From Thermoanaerobaculia bacterium (GTDB taxonomy: Bacteria; Acidobacteriota; Thermoanaerobaculia; Multivoradales; UBA5704), in the NCBI GenBank assembly GCA_036380715.1, contig DASVEF010000299.1:7520-71519 (forward strand): a stretch of 64,000 nt of DNA. Direction: 5' to 3'. Positions within the stretch are counted from its first letter, which is position 1. Each line of letters opens with the position of its first letter. The notes beneath the pieces were generated by a model, which did no database searches, was not told where the DNA came from, and worked only from the letters and a program-made list of their open reading frames with translations. Of this stretch, positions 9,027 to 17,645 are shown piece by piece. The position numbers and the translations under genes were made by a program.

Positions 9027-10034
9027 TCAGTACGGGTTCTGGTCGATCACGCCGTTGTTGACGCTGCGCAGGTAGTAGCCGGTGCTCGGCCGGTTCCTCA
9101 GGTCGAAAGAGCCGCCGGAGGGGACTCTCCAGATCTTGTAGTTGGAGTAGGTCAGCGGCACGCCGGACCGGCAGACCTCCGGCGCATGATCGGCCAGCAC
9201 GAAGTAGGCAGGGCCGTCTCCCATCACGGTCGCCACGCCGTTGCGGTCCACGACCACCGAGGTCACCTCGTTCACAGCCACGGCGAGAGCGTTCGCGGCT
9301 TTGCCGTCCTGGATCTGCCGGGCGAGGAAGGCCATGGTCCGGCCCATGCGGTCGCGCTGCGCGAAATGGCTGTCGGTGATCGTCCCTTCCATGTTCGCCC
9401 AGTGGAAGAAGTCGTAGGTGAAGGTGATGGTCCGGTGGTAGGGATTGGCCAGGGCGTCGCTCGACACGGCGCTCCCCCGGCAGCCATCGTAGGTGAACTC
9501 GCCCTGGATCGCCGTGCCGGCGCTGGTCCCGCCGACGCCGCCTCCCTTGGCGTAGACAGATTCGACGGCGGTCTCCACCAGGGTCCCCTTGAAATAGTTG
9601 ACGTAGTTGCACTGGTCGCCGCCGGCGAAGAAGATCACCTCGGCGTTGCGCACCGTAGCTTCGACCGCGGCGGTGTTCGAGTCGCGGGCGCTGGTGATCA
9701 CCAGGGTCTCGACCGAGTCGACCCCGTTCATGGCGTAGATGTAGTCGTTGTAGCCGTTGGAGCCCGACGAGCGGAGGATGACGACGTCGACCGTGGTCGA
9801 GCAGCTCGTGCAGCCGCGGACCTGATCGATGATCCACTGGATCGCCGCGTCCACGTCCGTGCTGCCGCCGCCGAAGTCGTGGGCCGGGCCCGCCAGGACC
9901 GGGCTCACGTCCGCCGCGTTGCCCGTCAGATACCGTGTGACTTTGGCCTGGGCGGGGATCGCCACCAGGACTGCCAGCAAGACCAGGCAAAGAGCTGCTC
10001 TCCTCATCGGTTCCTCCTCTCGGAAAGACGACAT
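9027..10034 (-). CDS. Peptidase S51 family protein (cyanophycinase / dipeptidase E-like), secreted
   Basis: Signal peptide MRRAALCLVLLAVLVAIPAQA; the likely true start is the internal Met, making the gene end 10007. GGSAG-type serine nucleophile region (GGGVGGTSAGTAIQG). Type-1 glutamine-amidotransferase-like fold length. Confidence 0.7.
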   Translation of the reverse strand: MSSFREEEPMRRAALCLVLLAVLVAIPAQAKVTRYLTGNAADVSPVLAGPAHDFGGGSTDVDAAIQWIIDQVRGCTSCSTTVDVVILRSSGSNGYNDYIYAMNGVDSVETLVITSARDSNTAAVEATVRNAEVIFFAGGDQCNYVNYFKGTLVETAVESVYAKGGGVGGTSAGTAIQGEFTYDGCRGSAVSSDALANPYHRTITFTYDFFHWANMEGTITDSHFAQRDRMGRTMAFLARQIQDGKAANALAVAVNEVTSVVVDRNGVATVMGDGPAYFVLADHAPEVCRSGVPLTYSNYKIWRVPSGGSFDLRNRPSTGYYLRSVNNGVIDQNPY

Positions 10035-10098
10035 CCATCGCGCCGGGAGCCCGACACGCTCAGGCTCGCGGCAAGGGGTCTTACCTAGATGAGGTGCC

Positions 10099-10128
10099 GG
10101 ATCAGGCCGCTTTGCGAGCCCGCTGGGC
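10099..10128. repeat. 30-bp direct repeat, copy 1 (ggatcaggccgctttgcgagcccgctgggc)
   Basis: Identical copy at 10699-10728, exactly 600 bp downstream. Copy 2 forms the 3' end of the GT-C gene. Confidence 0.8.
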
Positions 10129-10371
10129 CGGGTTGGATGACTTGGGTTGCGGGCAGGCGCGAGCCCGCGCTAGGGAGGCGGAAAAATCCTCGAGACCTTC
10201 CAGGGACGCGGCGATGAAGGCTTCCGGAGCGATTTGGAGGGCTTCCGGCCGGTTTTGAGGAGGTGGGGCGGGTTTTTTACGGCCTCGGCCCGGTTTTTTC
10301 GGCTTCCAGGCGCGATTTTCCCGGGGGGAGGACGTTTTTCGGGCTAAATCCAGAAAAAACGGCCTGTACAG

Positions 10372-10572
10372 CGCCTGTGCTCGGATGCACAGCGGCTGTG
10401 CTCGCAGCGCAGGCGCTGTGTATCCGAGCGCAGAGGCTGTGTATGGGAGCGCAGGCGCTGAGTATGCGAGCGCAGGTGCTGTGCATCCGAGCGCAGGCGC
10501 TGTGTGTCCGAGCATAGCCGCTGAGTATCCGAGCACAGGCGCTGTGCATCGGAGCGCCAGGGCTGTGCAGGG
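10372..10572. repeat. 21-bp minisatellite, ~9.5 copies (consensus tgtgyatccgagcgcaggcgc)
   Basis: Read directly. In one frame it encodes a heptad A-V-x-P-S-A-G repeat. Embedded in a T-run-containing non-coding-looking block. Confidence 0.8.
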
Positions 10573-10698
10573 ACCCGCGCTCAGGACCTTTTTCCCAGAT
10601 GACGGATCCTCTGGCGCCTGCAAGATACCGGTCCACGGAAAGAACTTCCGGCCGCCGCCGGGGAATTCCCATCTATTGAGACCTCATCCCGTGGCGTC

Positions 10699-10728
10699 GG
10701 ATCAGGCCGCTTTGCGAGCCCGCTGGGC
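10699..10728. repeat. 30-bp direct repeat, copy 2
   Basis: Identical to 10099-10128. Confidence 0.8.
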
Positions 10729-12471
10729 TGTCAGCGTGAGCGGCCCCACCTTCATCGCGCCGGAGAAGGGGACGGCGAGGACGTAGAAGTCCTCCCCCGT
10801 CCGCCGGACCTCCCCCAGAGGCAGGGCGAGCCGGTTTCCCGGGAGCCCGGAGAGGACGAAGACGATCCGGCGGGTCGCGGCGGGCAGCTCGATCGTGCCC
10901 TGGACGCGCTGGAAGGGCCGGTGCGCCTGGGTGGCTTCCGCGAATCCCTGCTCCGGAACCAGGAAGACGAGAGGGTACTCCGGCAGATACCACTGCAGAT
11001 GCCGCTGCCATGGGCAGAGAAAGCCCTCCGCGCCGGACCCGCCGGTCCCGGACAACTCGACGGCCGCCAGGACGGTGTCCGCCGGGGACCAGGACCGGAT
11101 CGCCTCCAGGGTGCGATCCAGGCCGAGCTCGTACTCCGCGATCGTGCCCTGGTTGAATTCGTGGCGGACGATCGCCCAAGGCTTGGGCTGGTCGGGGCGC
11201 CGGTCGGCGCCGAAGAGGAAGAGGCCGGCTCCAACCATGGCGGCCACCGCGGTCGCGGCGAGCGCTCTGGGCCGGCTGGCGGCGAGGGCCGGAGCCGCGG
11301 CGAGGGCGAGGGCGGTCAGCAGGGCCGGCAGGTGGATCAGGGTGTAGCCGGCCTTGGTAATGTGGAACAGGGCGAAGAAGAGGACCGGCGGCAGCGCCCA
11401 GGCGAGGAGCCAGGAGAGCCGCGAGGCCAGGAGCCGCAGCCCGGGGAGGACCTGCCGGGGCGCGGTCGCCCAAACCAGGAGGAGCGCCACGGCTCCGGGG
11501 AAGATCCCCTGGAGCGCCCACTTCGTCAGGACCTCCACGTTGTGCGCGAGCGCTCCCCAGCCCGCGCCGTAGAGGACGGAAGTCTGCGGCAGCAGGGTTC
11601 CGAAATGCGCGGTGCTGATCCGCCGGTAGGCCCCGTAGCCGCCGGCCAGCAGGCAGAGCGGCACGAACCAGGCGAGGACGAGCGCAACGCCGAGCGCGGC
11701 GCCTCCAAAGAAGAGGCTGGGCGTCAGCCTCCCCCGCCGCCAGGTCCGGAAGAGGCCGAACAGAAACAGGGGGGCCAGGAGCACCAGGGTCGACTGGCGG
11801 AGCCCGCCGGCCACGGCCATCAGGGCGCAGGCCAGAAGAAAGGCCCGCCGGCTCTCGCTCATCCGCAGCGCTCCATAAGCGACGGCGACGCTCAATCCCC
11901 CTTCGAGGGCATAGATCAGCGGCAGCTCGCCGTAGAACCAGAGGAGGGGGTTGAAGGCGTATAGGACACCGGCGAAAGCGGCGGCCGGGACCCTCACCCC
12001 CTGGCCCCCTCTCCCATCCGCACTCCCGCCGCCCGGGAGAGGGGGAAACGCTCTCCGAGAGGCTCTTCCGAGCCAAGCGAAAATCTGCCTCCCCCCTCTC
12101 CCGGGAGGGTGTGAGTGCGGATGGGAGAGGGGGGCCGGGGGGGTGAGGGTCCCGGCCCGGCCCGTCAGCAAAACGATGCAGGCGGCTCCCAGGGCTCCTC
12201 CGAGGATCGCCAGGGCCACCATGCCGTGCAGGGGGTCGAGGCCGAGGGCGGCGAGGAGCTTCAGGATTCCGATGTAGAGAGGATAGCCGGGCGGGTGCGG
12301 ATGGTGGGCCGCGAGGTCGTACCGCTCCACGCCGAGAGCGAACTGGATGGAGTCGTGGTCCCACATCCGCCGGGCGGCGAAGGGGACGCGGATCAGGAGG
12401 GCGGCGACGGCCGACCCGAGCGCGATCCAGCGCAGGCGGGGGTCGGCCGTCATCGAGGGCTCGGAGCGCAA
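10702..12471 (-). CDS. GT-C fold membrane glycosyltransferase (PMT/ArnT family 39/83-like), with a MITE/REP-like element inserted in frame
   Basis: Polytopic protein with the N-terminal loop motif WDHDSIQFALGVERYDLAAHHPHPPGYPLY (D-x-D plus the aromatic/proline loop of GT-C enzymes). Residues ~110-165 (TPPAPLSHPHSHPPGRGGRQ...GGQGVR) are encoded by the repeat element at 11991-12149. Confidence 0.65.
   Translation of the reverse strand: MRSEPSMTADPRLRWIALGSAVAALLIRVPFAARRMWDHDSIQFALGVERYDLAAHHPHPPGYPLYIGILKLLAALGLDPLHGMVALAILGGALGAACIVLLTGRAGTLTPPAPLSHPHSHPPGRGGRQIFAWLGRASRRAFPPLPGGGSADGRGGQGVRVPAAAFAGVLYAFNPLLWFYGELPLIYALEGGLSVAVAYGALRMSESRRAFLLACALMAVAGGLRQSTLVLLAPLFLFGLFRTWRRGRLTPSLFFGGAALGVALVLAWFVPLCLLAGGYGAYRRISTAHFGTLLPQTSVLYGAGWGALAHNVEVLTKWALQGIFPGAVALLLVWATAPRQVLPGLRLLASRLSWLLAWALPPVLFFALFHITKAGYTLIHLPALLTALALAAAPALAASRPRALAATAVAAMVGAGLFLFGADRRPDQPKPWAIVRHEFNQGTIAEYELGLDRTLEAIRSWSPADTVLAAVELSGTGGSGAEGFLCPWQRHLQWYLPEYPLVFLVPEQGFAEATQAHRPFQRVQGTIELPAATRRIVFVLSGLPGNRLALPLGEVRRTGEDFYVLAVPFSGAMKVGPLTLTAQRARKAA
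11991..12149. repeat. MITE/REP-like nested palindromic element, copy D (full length, variant core)
   Basis: Termini ccctcaccccctggccccctctccc ... gggagaggggggccgggggggtgaggg. Inserted in frame in the GT-C gene. Confidence 0.75.
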
Positions 12472-12475
12472 CTGG

Positions 12476-13054
12476 CTACTGGCCGCCGCCGGCGCTCCAG
12501 GGCGGAACGATGCCGCTCATGCGGGCATAGGCGATCGACTGGCCGAGGTGCTCGTGCGCGTGGGTCGCGATCAGCATGAAACCCTCGCGGACCGTGCCAT
12601 CGTGGTCGAAGATCTTTATCGTCTTGTCGAGCTCGGCCTCGGGGGCCGTTTCGATGGCCTTGCGGGCGTGGTCGAACGACTTCTTGAGTGCATCGATCAC
12701 CTTGGCCTTGTCCGTGGAGGCCTTCTCAATGTTCCGCAGGTCGAGGCCCTCGGGTGGCTTGACGCCCCACAGGGTCGGCAGGAAGTAGTTGCCGCCGGCC
12801 ACGTGCAGGAACACCTCGCCGGTCGAGCGGACCTTGTCGTTGGGCTTCCACGAGTACTTCTCGGCGGGGGTCGCCTCGGCCAGGGCGATCAGCTTCTCCT
12901 GGGCGTCGCCGATCTGCCGCAGGATCTCGGCGCGAACGCCGGACCCGGGCTTAGCCGCAGCGGGCTGCTCGTCCGCCCGGGCCGGCGACGCCAGGACGGC
13001 GGTGAGTGCCAGGACCAAGGCGCAAGTGAGGGTGAGGCTGAGGGCTCGTTTCAT
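12476..13054 (-). CDS. DinB-family protein (DinB_2 four-helix bundle), secreted
   Basis: Start at MKRALSLTLTCALVLALTAVLASPARA (signal peptide). DinB-like HxxxH/E motif region (LIATHAHEHLGQSIAY). Confidence 0.7.
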   Translation of the reverse strand: MKRALSLTLTCALVLALTAVLASPARADEQPAAAKPGSGVRAEILRQIGDAQEKLIALAEATPAEKYSWKPNDKVRSTGEVFLHVAGGNYFLPTLWGVKPPEGLDLRNIEKASTDKAKVIDALKKSFDHARKAIETAPEAELDKTIKIFDHDGTVREGFMLIATHAHEHLGQSIAYARMSGIVPPWSAGGGQ

Positions 13055-13130
13055 CGTTGATCTCCTCGACGGGGAAAAAGGAACTGATCCCGCAGATCTT
13101 AGCGCTAGAATCGCGCCGGGGGTGAACCCG

Positions 13131-14441
13131 ATGATGCAGATGACCCTCGCCCTGCTGGCGAGCGTCGGAGCCTTCGCGCTCCTCATAGCCCTGATCGCCT
13201 GGCTGCAGCGCAAGTTCTTCCTGGTGCGGCAGCTCGCGTTCCCGCTCTACGTGGCGGCCGCGGCGGCCGGTCTGGAGGTCTTCATCCTGGTGATGCCGGG
13301 CTACAGGCCGGTGGAGCTCCACCGGGCGCTCGGCTGGCTGCTGCTCTTCTGCGGCCTCGCTCTGGTCCTGCGGCTGCTCGTGCTCTACCTGTTCGACGTC
13401 CACCTGTACGCGCAGAAGGGCGTCCGCCTTCCTCCCCTGCTCTCCGCGGTCACCATGGCCGTGATCTACCTGGTCACCGCGCTGATCACTCTGCGGCTGA
13501 CCATCCCCGGTCTGGACGTGACGCCCCTGGTGGCGACCAGCGCCGTCACCTCCCTGGTGCTCGGCCTCGCCTTGCAGCCGATCCTCTCCAACTTTTTCGC
13601 CGGCCTGGTGATCAGCGTGGAGCGGCCGTTCCGGATCAACGACTGGATCCGGATCGGCGACCAGGAGGGGCGGGTGGTCGCCATCACCTGGCGCACCACC
13701 CACCTGCGGACGCGCGACAACGACAACCTGGTCATCCCCAACGGCAAGCTCGCCGACGAGCGGGTGCTCAACTTCTACTACCCGCACCCGATGCACATGG
13801 AGCGGGTCAAGGTCGGGGCGGACTACAAGGTTCCGCCCTACCGGGTGCGCCGCGCCTTGCTGGAAGCGGTGCCGGGGGTCCAGGGCATCCTCGACAAGCC
13901 GAGCCCCGACATCTTCGTGCTCTCCTTCGACGAGAACGCCATCCTTTACGAGCTGCGGGTGTGGATCGAAGACATGGTTCAGGCACACCGGATCGCGAGC
14001 GACCTCAGAGGGCGCATCTGGGAGGAATTCAAGAAGGCGGGGATCACGATCCCGTACCCGATCCGCACGATCGAGCTGCCGCCCCGCCCCCGCAGACGCC
14101 CTCAAGCCGAGACCGGAGGAGGCCCGCGGCCGGCGCGGCTCTACGTGGCGGAGGGCCCCGAGCGCGGGCAGTCGCTCGATCTCGGCGGTCTTGACGGGGA
14201 GGCCACGACAGTGGGACGCTCTCGCGGTTGCTCGCTCTCGCTGAGCGAGCCGAACGCCAGCAAAGAGCACCTGAAGATCGAATGGAAGGACGGCGCCTGG
14301 CTGCTGACCGATCTGGAGAGCAGCTTCGGCACCCGGGTCAACGGCCAGCCCACGGCTCGCAAGGAGCTCGCGCCGCTCGACCGCATCTCGATCGGCGACA
14401 CGGTTATCATCTTCGAGAGCGATGCCCACGGACCTGCCTGA
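13131..14441 (+). CDS. Mechanosensitive channel MscS-family protein fused to a C-terminal FHA domain
   Basis: N-terminal TM helices plus the MscS beta-domain (FRINDWIRIGDQEGRVVAITWRTTHLRTRDNDNLVIPNGKL). The C-terminus has an FHA-like pattern (TTVGRSRGCSLSL...SKEHLKIEWKDGAWLLTDLESSFGTRVNGQP). Confidence 0.8.
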   Translation: MMQMTLALLASVGAFALLIALIAWLQRKFFLVRQLAFPLYVAAAAAGLEVFILVMPGYRPVELHRALGWLLLFCGLALVLRLLVLYLFDVHLYAQKGVRLPPLLSAVTMAVIYLVTALITLRLTIPGLDVTPLVATSAVTSLVLGLALQPILSNFFAGLVISVERPFRINDWIRIGDQEGRVVAITWRTTHLRTRDNDNLVIPNGKLADERVLNFYYPHPMHMERVKVGADYKVPPYRVRRALLEAVPGVQGILDKPSPDIFVLSFDENAILYELRVWIEDMVQAHRIASDLRGRIWEEFKKAGITIPYPIRTIELPPRPRRRPQAETGGGPRPARLYVAEGPERGQSLDLGGLDGEATTVGRSRGCSLSLSEPNASKEHLKIEWKDGAWLLTDLESSFGTRVNGQPTARKELAPLDRISIGDTVIIFESDAHGPA

Positions 14442-15351
14442 CTCCATCGGACCCTACCGCGTCAACGAGCTGATCGGCCGGGAGGGCCCCGCACTCCTCT
14501 ACCGCGCCTCCGCTCCAGGCGACGGACGGGCCGTGATCGTCCACCTTCTCTCCGCTCGCGTGGCCGAGGAGCGGGGTCTGCTGGAGCGCTTCCGGCGGGA
14601 GGCGGGAGCCCTGGCCCGGTCGAGCCATCCCAACCTCCTCAGGGTCCTGGAGATTGGCGAGGAGGGGGCTCGCCCGTTCATGGCGACCGAGCCGTTCGAC
14701 GGCGTCCCGCTCGACGAGGTGCTGAAGGGCCGGCAGCTTTCAGCGCCCGAGGCGATCAACGTGATGAAGGGGATCTGCCGCGGCCTGGCCCACGCTCATC
14801 AGCACGGCGTGGTCCACGGTCACGTCTGGCCCCATGCCGTCCTCGTCTCCCGGGACCTCTCCCAGGTGAAGCTGACCGACTTCGGCTTCGCTCGGGCCGA
14901 CTCGCTCGGCAAGACAGGTACCCTGAACACGGGCGCGCTCTCGCTCGGAGCCTTCCACTACCTGGCTCCGGAACAGGTCGATCAGAGGACCGGAGGGACA
15001 GCCGACCACCGGGCGGATCTCTACTCCGCGGGCGCGGTCTTCCACGAGATGCTGACCGGGCGGCCCCCCGGAGGGCGCTTCGCCCTGCCGAGCCAACTCA
15101 AAGCCGAGCTCACGCCGGATGCGGACGTGGTCGTCCTGAAATGCCTGGCCCGCAACCCGGGCGAGCGCTACGCGTCGGCGATCGACCTGCTGAACGATCT
15201 CGCGAGGCTCGAAGAGGCGATGCGGGTGCGCGTCCTCTCGGAATTCCAGGGCATCACCCGCCCCGGCTCGCGCAAGCGGGCGCTCCTCCTCGCCGGGCTG
15301 ATCCTCCTCCTCGCCGCACTGGCTGTGGCCGGCTTTTTCATCGCGCGCTGA
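14422..15351 (+). CDS. Ser/Thr protein kinase-like pseudokinase with C-terminal TM anchor
   Basis: Kinase fold retained (DFG in LTDFGFA, APE in YLAPEQ). The VAIK lysine is replaced (RAVIVHLL) and the HRD catalytic loop reads HGHVWPH. C-terminal helix LLLAGLILLLAALAVAGFFIA. 20-nt overlap with the MscS-FHA gene. Confidence 0.7.
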   Translation: MPTDLPDSIGPYRVNELIGREGPALLYRASAPGDGRAVIVHLLSARVAEERGLLERFRREAGALARSSHPNLLRVLEIGEEGARPFMATEPFDGVPLDEVLKGRQLSAPEAINVMKGICRGLAHAHQHGVVHGHVWPHAVLVSRDLSQVKLTDFGFARADSLGKTGTLNTGALSLGAFHYLAPEQVDQRTGGTADHRADLYSAGAVFHEMLTGRPPGGRFALPSQLKAELTPDADVVVLKCLARNPGERYASAIDLLNDLARLEEAMRVRVLSEFQGITRPGSRKRALLLAGLILLLAALAVAGFFIAR

Positions 15352-15404
15352 GGGGCTGCAGCTCTCTCGCCGGGAGCAAGCCGCTTCTGGCGGATAATGG
15401 CGCC

Positions 15405-16403
15405 ATGAGCTACCGCAATCTCGGCCAGACCGGTCTCAAGGTGTCGCCGCTCTGCCTGGGCGCGATGATGTTCGGCAAGTGGGGCAACCCCGATCACGAC
15501 GACTGCATCCGGATCATCCACCGGGCCCTGGAGGCCGGCGTCAACTTCATCGACACGGCCAACGGCTACTCCGAGGGGGAGTCAGAGGTCATCGTCGGCA
15601 AGGCGCTCCGGGGCCGCCGCGAGAAGGCCGTGCTCGCCACCAAGGTCTGGGCTCCCGTGGGCGAGGGGCCGAACGAGCGTGGCCTGTCGCGCAAGGCCAT
15701 CCAGGAGCAGGTCGAGAACAGCCTGCGCCACCTCGGCACCGATGTCATCGACCTGTACCAGATCCACCGTCCCGACCCCACGACCCCAGTGGAAGAGACC
15801 CTCTCCACCCTCAACGACCTGGTCCGCCAGGGCAAAGTCCGCTACATCGGCTGCTCCACCAACCACTACGAGGGCCAGGGACTGTGGGAGAAGCGCTTCT
15901 CCGCCTGGGAGATCGTCGAGACCCTGTGGATCAGCGAGCGCCGCGGCTGGGAGCGCTTCGTCTCCCTCCAGCCGCCGTACAGCATTCTGCGCCGCGTCAT
16001 GGAGCTGGAGCACTTCCCCATGTGCCAGCGCTTCGGCATCGCCAATATCGTCTGGAGCCCGCTCGAGGGGGGCTGGCTCACCGGCAAGTACCGCCGCGAC
16101 GCCGAGAATCCCATGGACAGCCAGCGCGCCCAGCACTGGATCGGCGACATCGACAATCCCAAGTTCCAGCGCCGCCTCGACATCGTCGAGCAGCTCGTGC
16201 CCATGGCCGAGGCCAAGGGGGTCTCGCTCGCCCGCTTCGCCAACGCCTGGGCGCTCCGCCACCCGGCGGTCACCTCGGTCATCATCGGACCGCGGACCCT
16301 GGAACAGCTCGAAGATAGCCTGGGAGCGCTGGAGGTCCAGGTCACTCCCGAAGAAGCGGCCCGGATCGACGAGTTGGTGCCGCCGGGGACCTCGGCGCTC
16401 TGA
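15405..16403 (+). CDS. Aldo/keto reductase
   Basis: MSYRNLGQTGLKVSPLCLGAMMFG...FIDTANGY...LYQIHRPD. Canonical AKR motifs. Confidence 0.85.
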   Translation: MSYRNLGQTGLKVSPLCLGAMMFGKWGNPDHDDCIRIIHRALEAGVNFIDTANGYSEGESEVIVGKALRGRREKAVLATKVWAPVGEGPNERGLSRKAIQEQVENSLRHLGTDVIDLYQIHRPDPTTPVEETLSTLNDLVRQGKVRYIGCSTNHYEGQGLWEKRFSAWEIVETLWISERRGWERFVSLQPPYSILRRVMELEHFPMCQRFGIANIVWSPLEGGWLTGKYRRDAENPMDSQRAQHWIGDIDNPKFQRRLDIVEQLVPMAEAKGVSLARFANAWALRHPAVTSVIIGPRTLEQLEDSLGALEVQVTPEEAARIDELVPPGTSAL

Positions 16404-16422
16404 ATCTTTTCGGAGGGAGACC

Positions 16423-17244
16423 ATGACCGACCTCAGAGGCAGGACCCTGTTCATCACCGGCGCGAGCCGCGGCATCGGCAAGGCGATCGCGCTGCGCGCC
16501 GCCGCGGACGGCGCCAACGTCGTCATCGCCGCCAAGACCACGGAGCCCCATTCCAAACTGCCGGGGACGATCTACACCGCCGCCGAGGAGATCGAGCAGG
16601 CCGGCGGCAAGGCCCTGCCGCTGCCGGTGGACATCCGCGACGAGGAGCAGGTCCAGAAGGCGGTCGAGCAGGCGGTCCAGACCTTCGGCGGAATCGACGT
16701 CCTGGTCAACAACGCGAGCGCCATCAACCTGACCCCGACGCTCCAGACGCCGATGAAACGCTTCGACCTGATGTGGGGGGTCAACGCCCGCGGCACATTC
16801 GCCTGCTCGCAGGCCTGCATCCCATACCTCCGGAAGTCGCCCAACCCGCACATCCTGACCCTCTCGCCGCCGCTCAATCTCGACCCCAAGTGGTTCAAGA
16901 ACCACGTCGCCTACACGATCTCCAAGTACGGGATGAGCCTCTGCGTGCTGGGGATGGCCGAGGAATTCCGCGCCGACGGCATCGCCGTCAACGCGCTCTG
17001 GCCGCGCACGGTCATCGCTACCGCCGCGCTCGCCATGCTCGGCGGCATGGCCCCGCCGGAGCGCTGCCGCAAGCCCGAGATCGTGGCCGACGCCGCGCAC
17101 GTCCTCCTGACGCGCGACAGCCGCTGCTGCACGGGCAACTTCTACATCGACGAGGACGTGCTGCGGGAGGCCGGAGTCACCGACTTCGAGAGGTATGCGG
17201 TCCAGCCCGGGGGGCCGCTGATGCCGGACCTGTTCCTGGGTTAG
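16423..17244 (+). CDS. SDR-family oxidoreductase
   Basis: TGASRGIGKA glycine-rich motif, NNAS, YTISKYG active-site YxxxK. GGAGG-like RBS upstream. Confidence 0.85.
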   Translation: MTDLRGRTLFITGASRGIGKAIALRAAADGANVVIAAKTTEPHSKLPGTIYTAAEEIEQAGGKALPLPVDIRDEEQVQKAVEQAVQTFGGIDVLVNNASAINLTPTLQTPMKRFDLMWGVNARGTFACSQACIPYLRKSPNPHILTLSPPLNLDPKWFKNHVAYTISKYGMSLCVLGMAEEFRADGIAVNALWPRTVIATAALAMLGGMAPPERCRKPEIVADAAHVLLTRDSRCCTGNFYIDEDVLREAGVTDFERYAVQPGGPLMPDLFLG

Positions 17245-17630
17245 CGCGTCTCCTCTTCGGCGGGAGGCGAGGCCGTCTCCGCTCTCTCCTCCCGGAGCTG
17301 GTCGATCGTGTCGAAGGCGTGGCGCAGGTGCGGGATGACGATGCTGCCGCCCACCACCAGGGCGACATTGAGGGCGTCGTACAGCTCGTCGTCGCTCCAG
17401 CCGGCCTCGACGCACTGTTCGAGGTGGTAGTCGATGCAGTCGTTGCAGCGCAGCACGGCCGAGGCGACCAGGCCGAGCAGCTCCTTGGTCCTGCCGTCGA
17501 GGGCGCCGTCGCGGTAGGCCGCGGTGTCCAGGTTGAAGAAGCGCTTGATGCCGAGGTGGTCGGCCCCCTCCAGGATGCGCTCGTTCATGCGCTTGCGGTA
17601 GGCGCGGAACTCGTCGATCGATCTCGCCAT
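17241..17630 (-). CDS. Carboxymuconolactone decarboxylase (AhpD-like) family protein
   Basis: 129 aa with the AhpD-core CxxC-containing helix (AVLRCNDCIDYHLEQ). Confidence 0.8.
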   Translation of the reverse strand: MARSIDEFRAYRKRMNERILEGADHLGIKRFFNLDTAAYRDGALDGRTKELLGLVASAVLRCNDCIDYHLEQCVEAGWSDDELYDALNVALVVGGSIVIPHLRHAFDTIDQLREERAETASPPAEEETR

Positions 17631-17645
17631 CGGGTCCTCCGTCGT

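Noticed and set aside
10102-10623. 173-aa minus ORF with heptad repeats ending in AQRARKAA
   Set aside because: Driven entirely by the 21-bp minisatellite and the duplicated 30-bp gene tail. No start context or protein-like N-terminus.
14422-15351. Active Ser/Thr protein kinase call
   Set aside because: The VAIK lysine and the HRD aspartate are both substituted, so it is called a pseudokinase instead.
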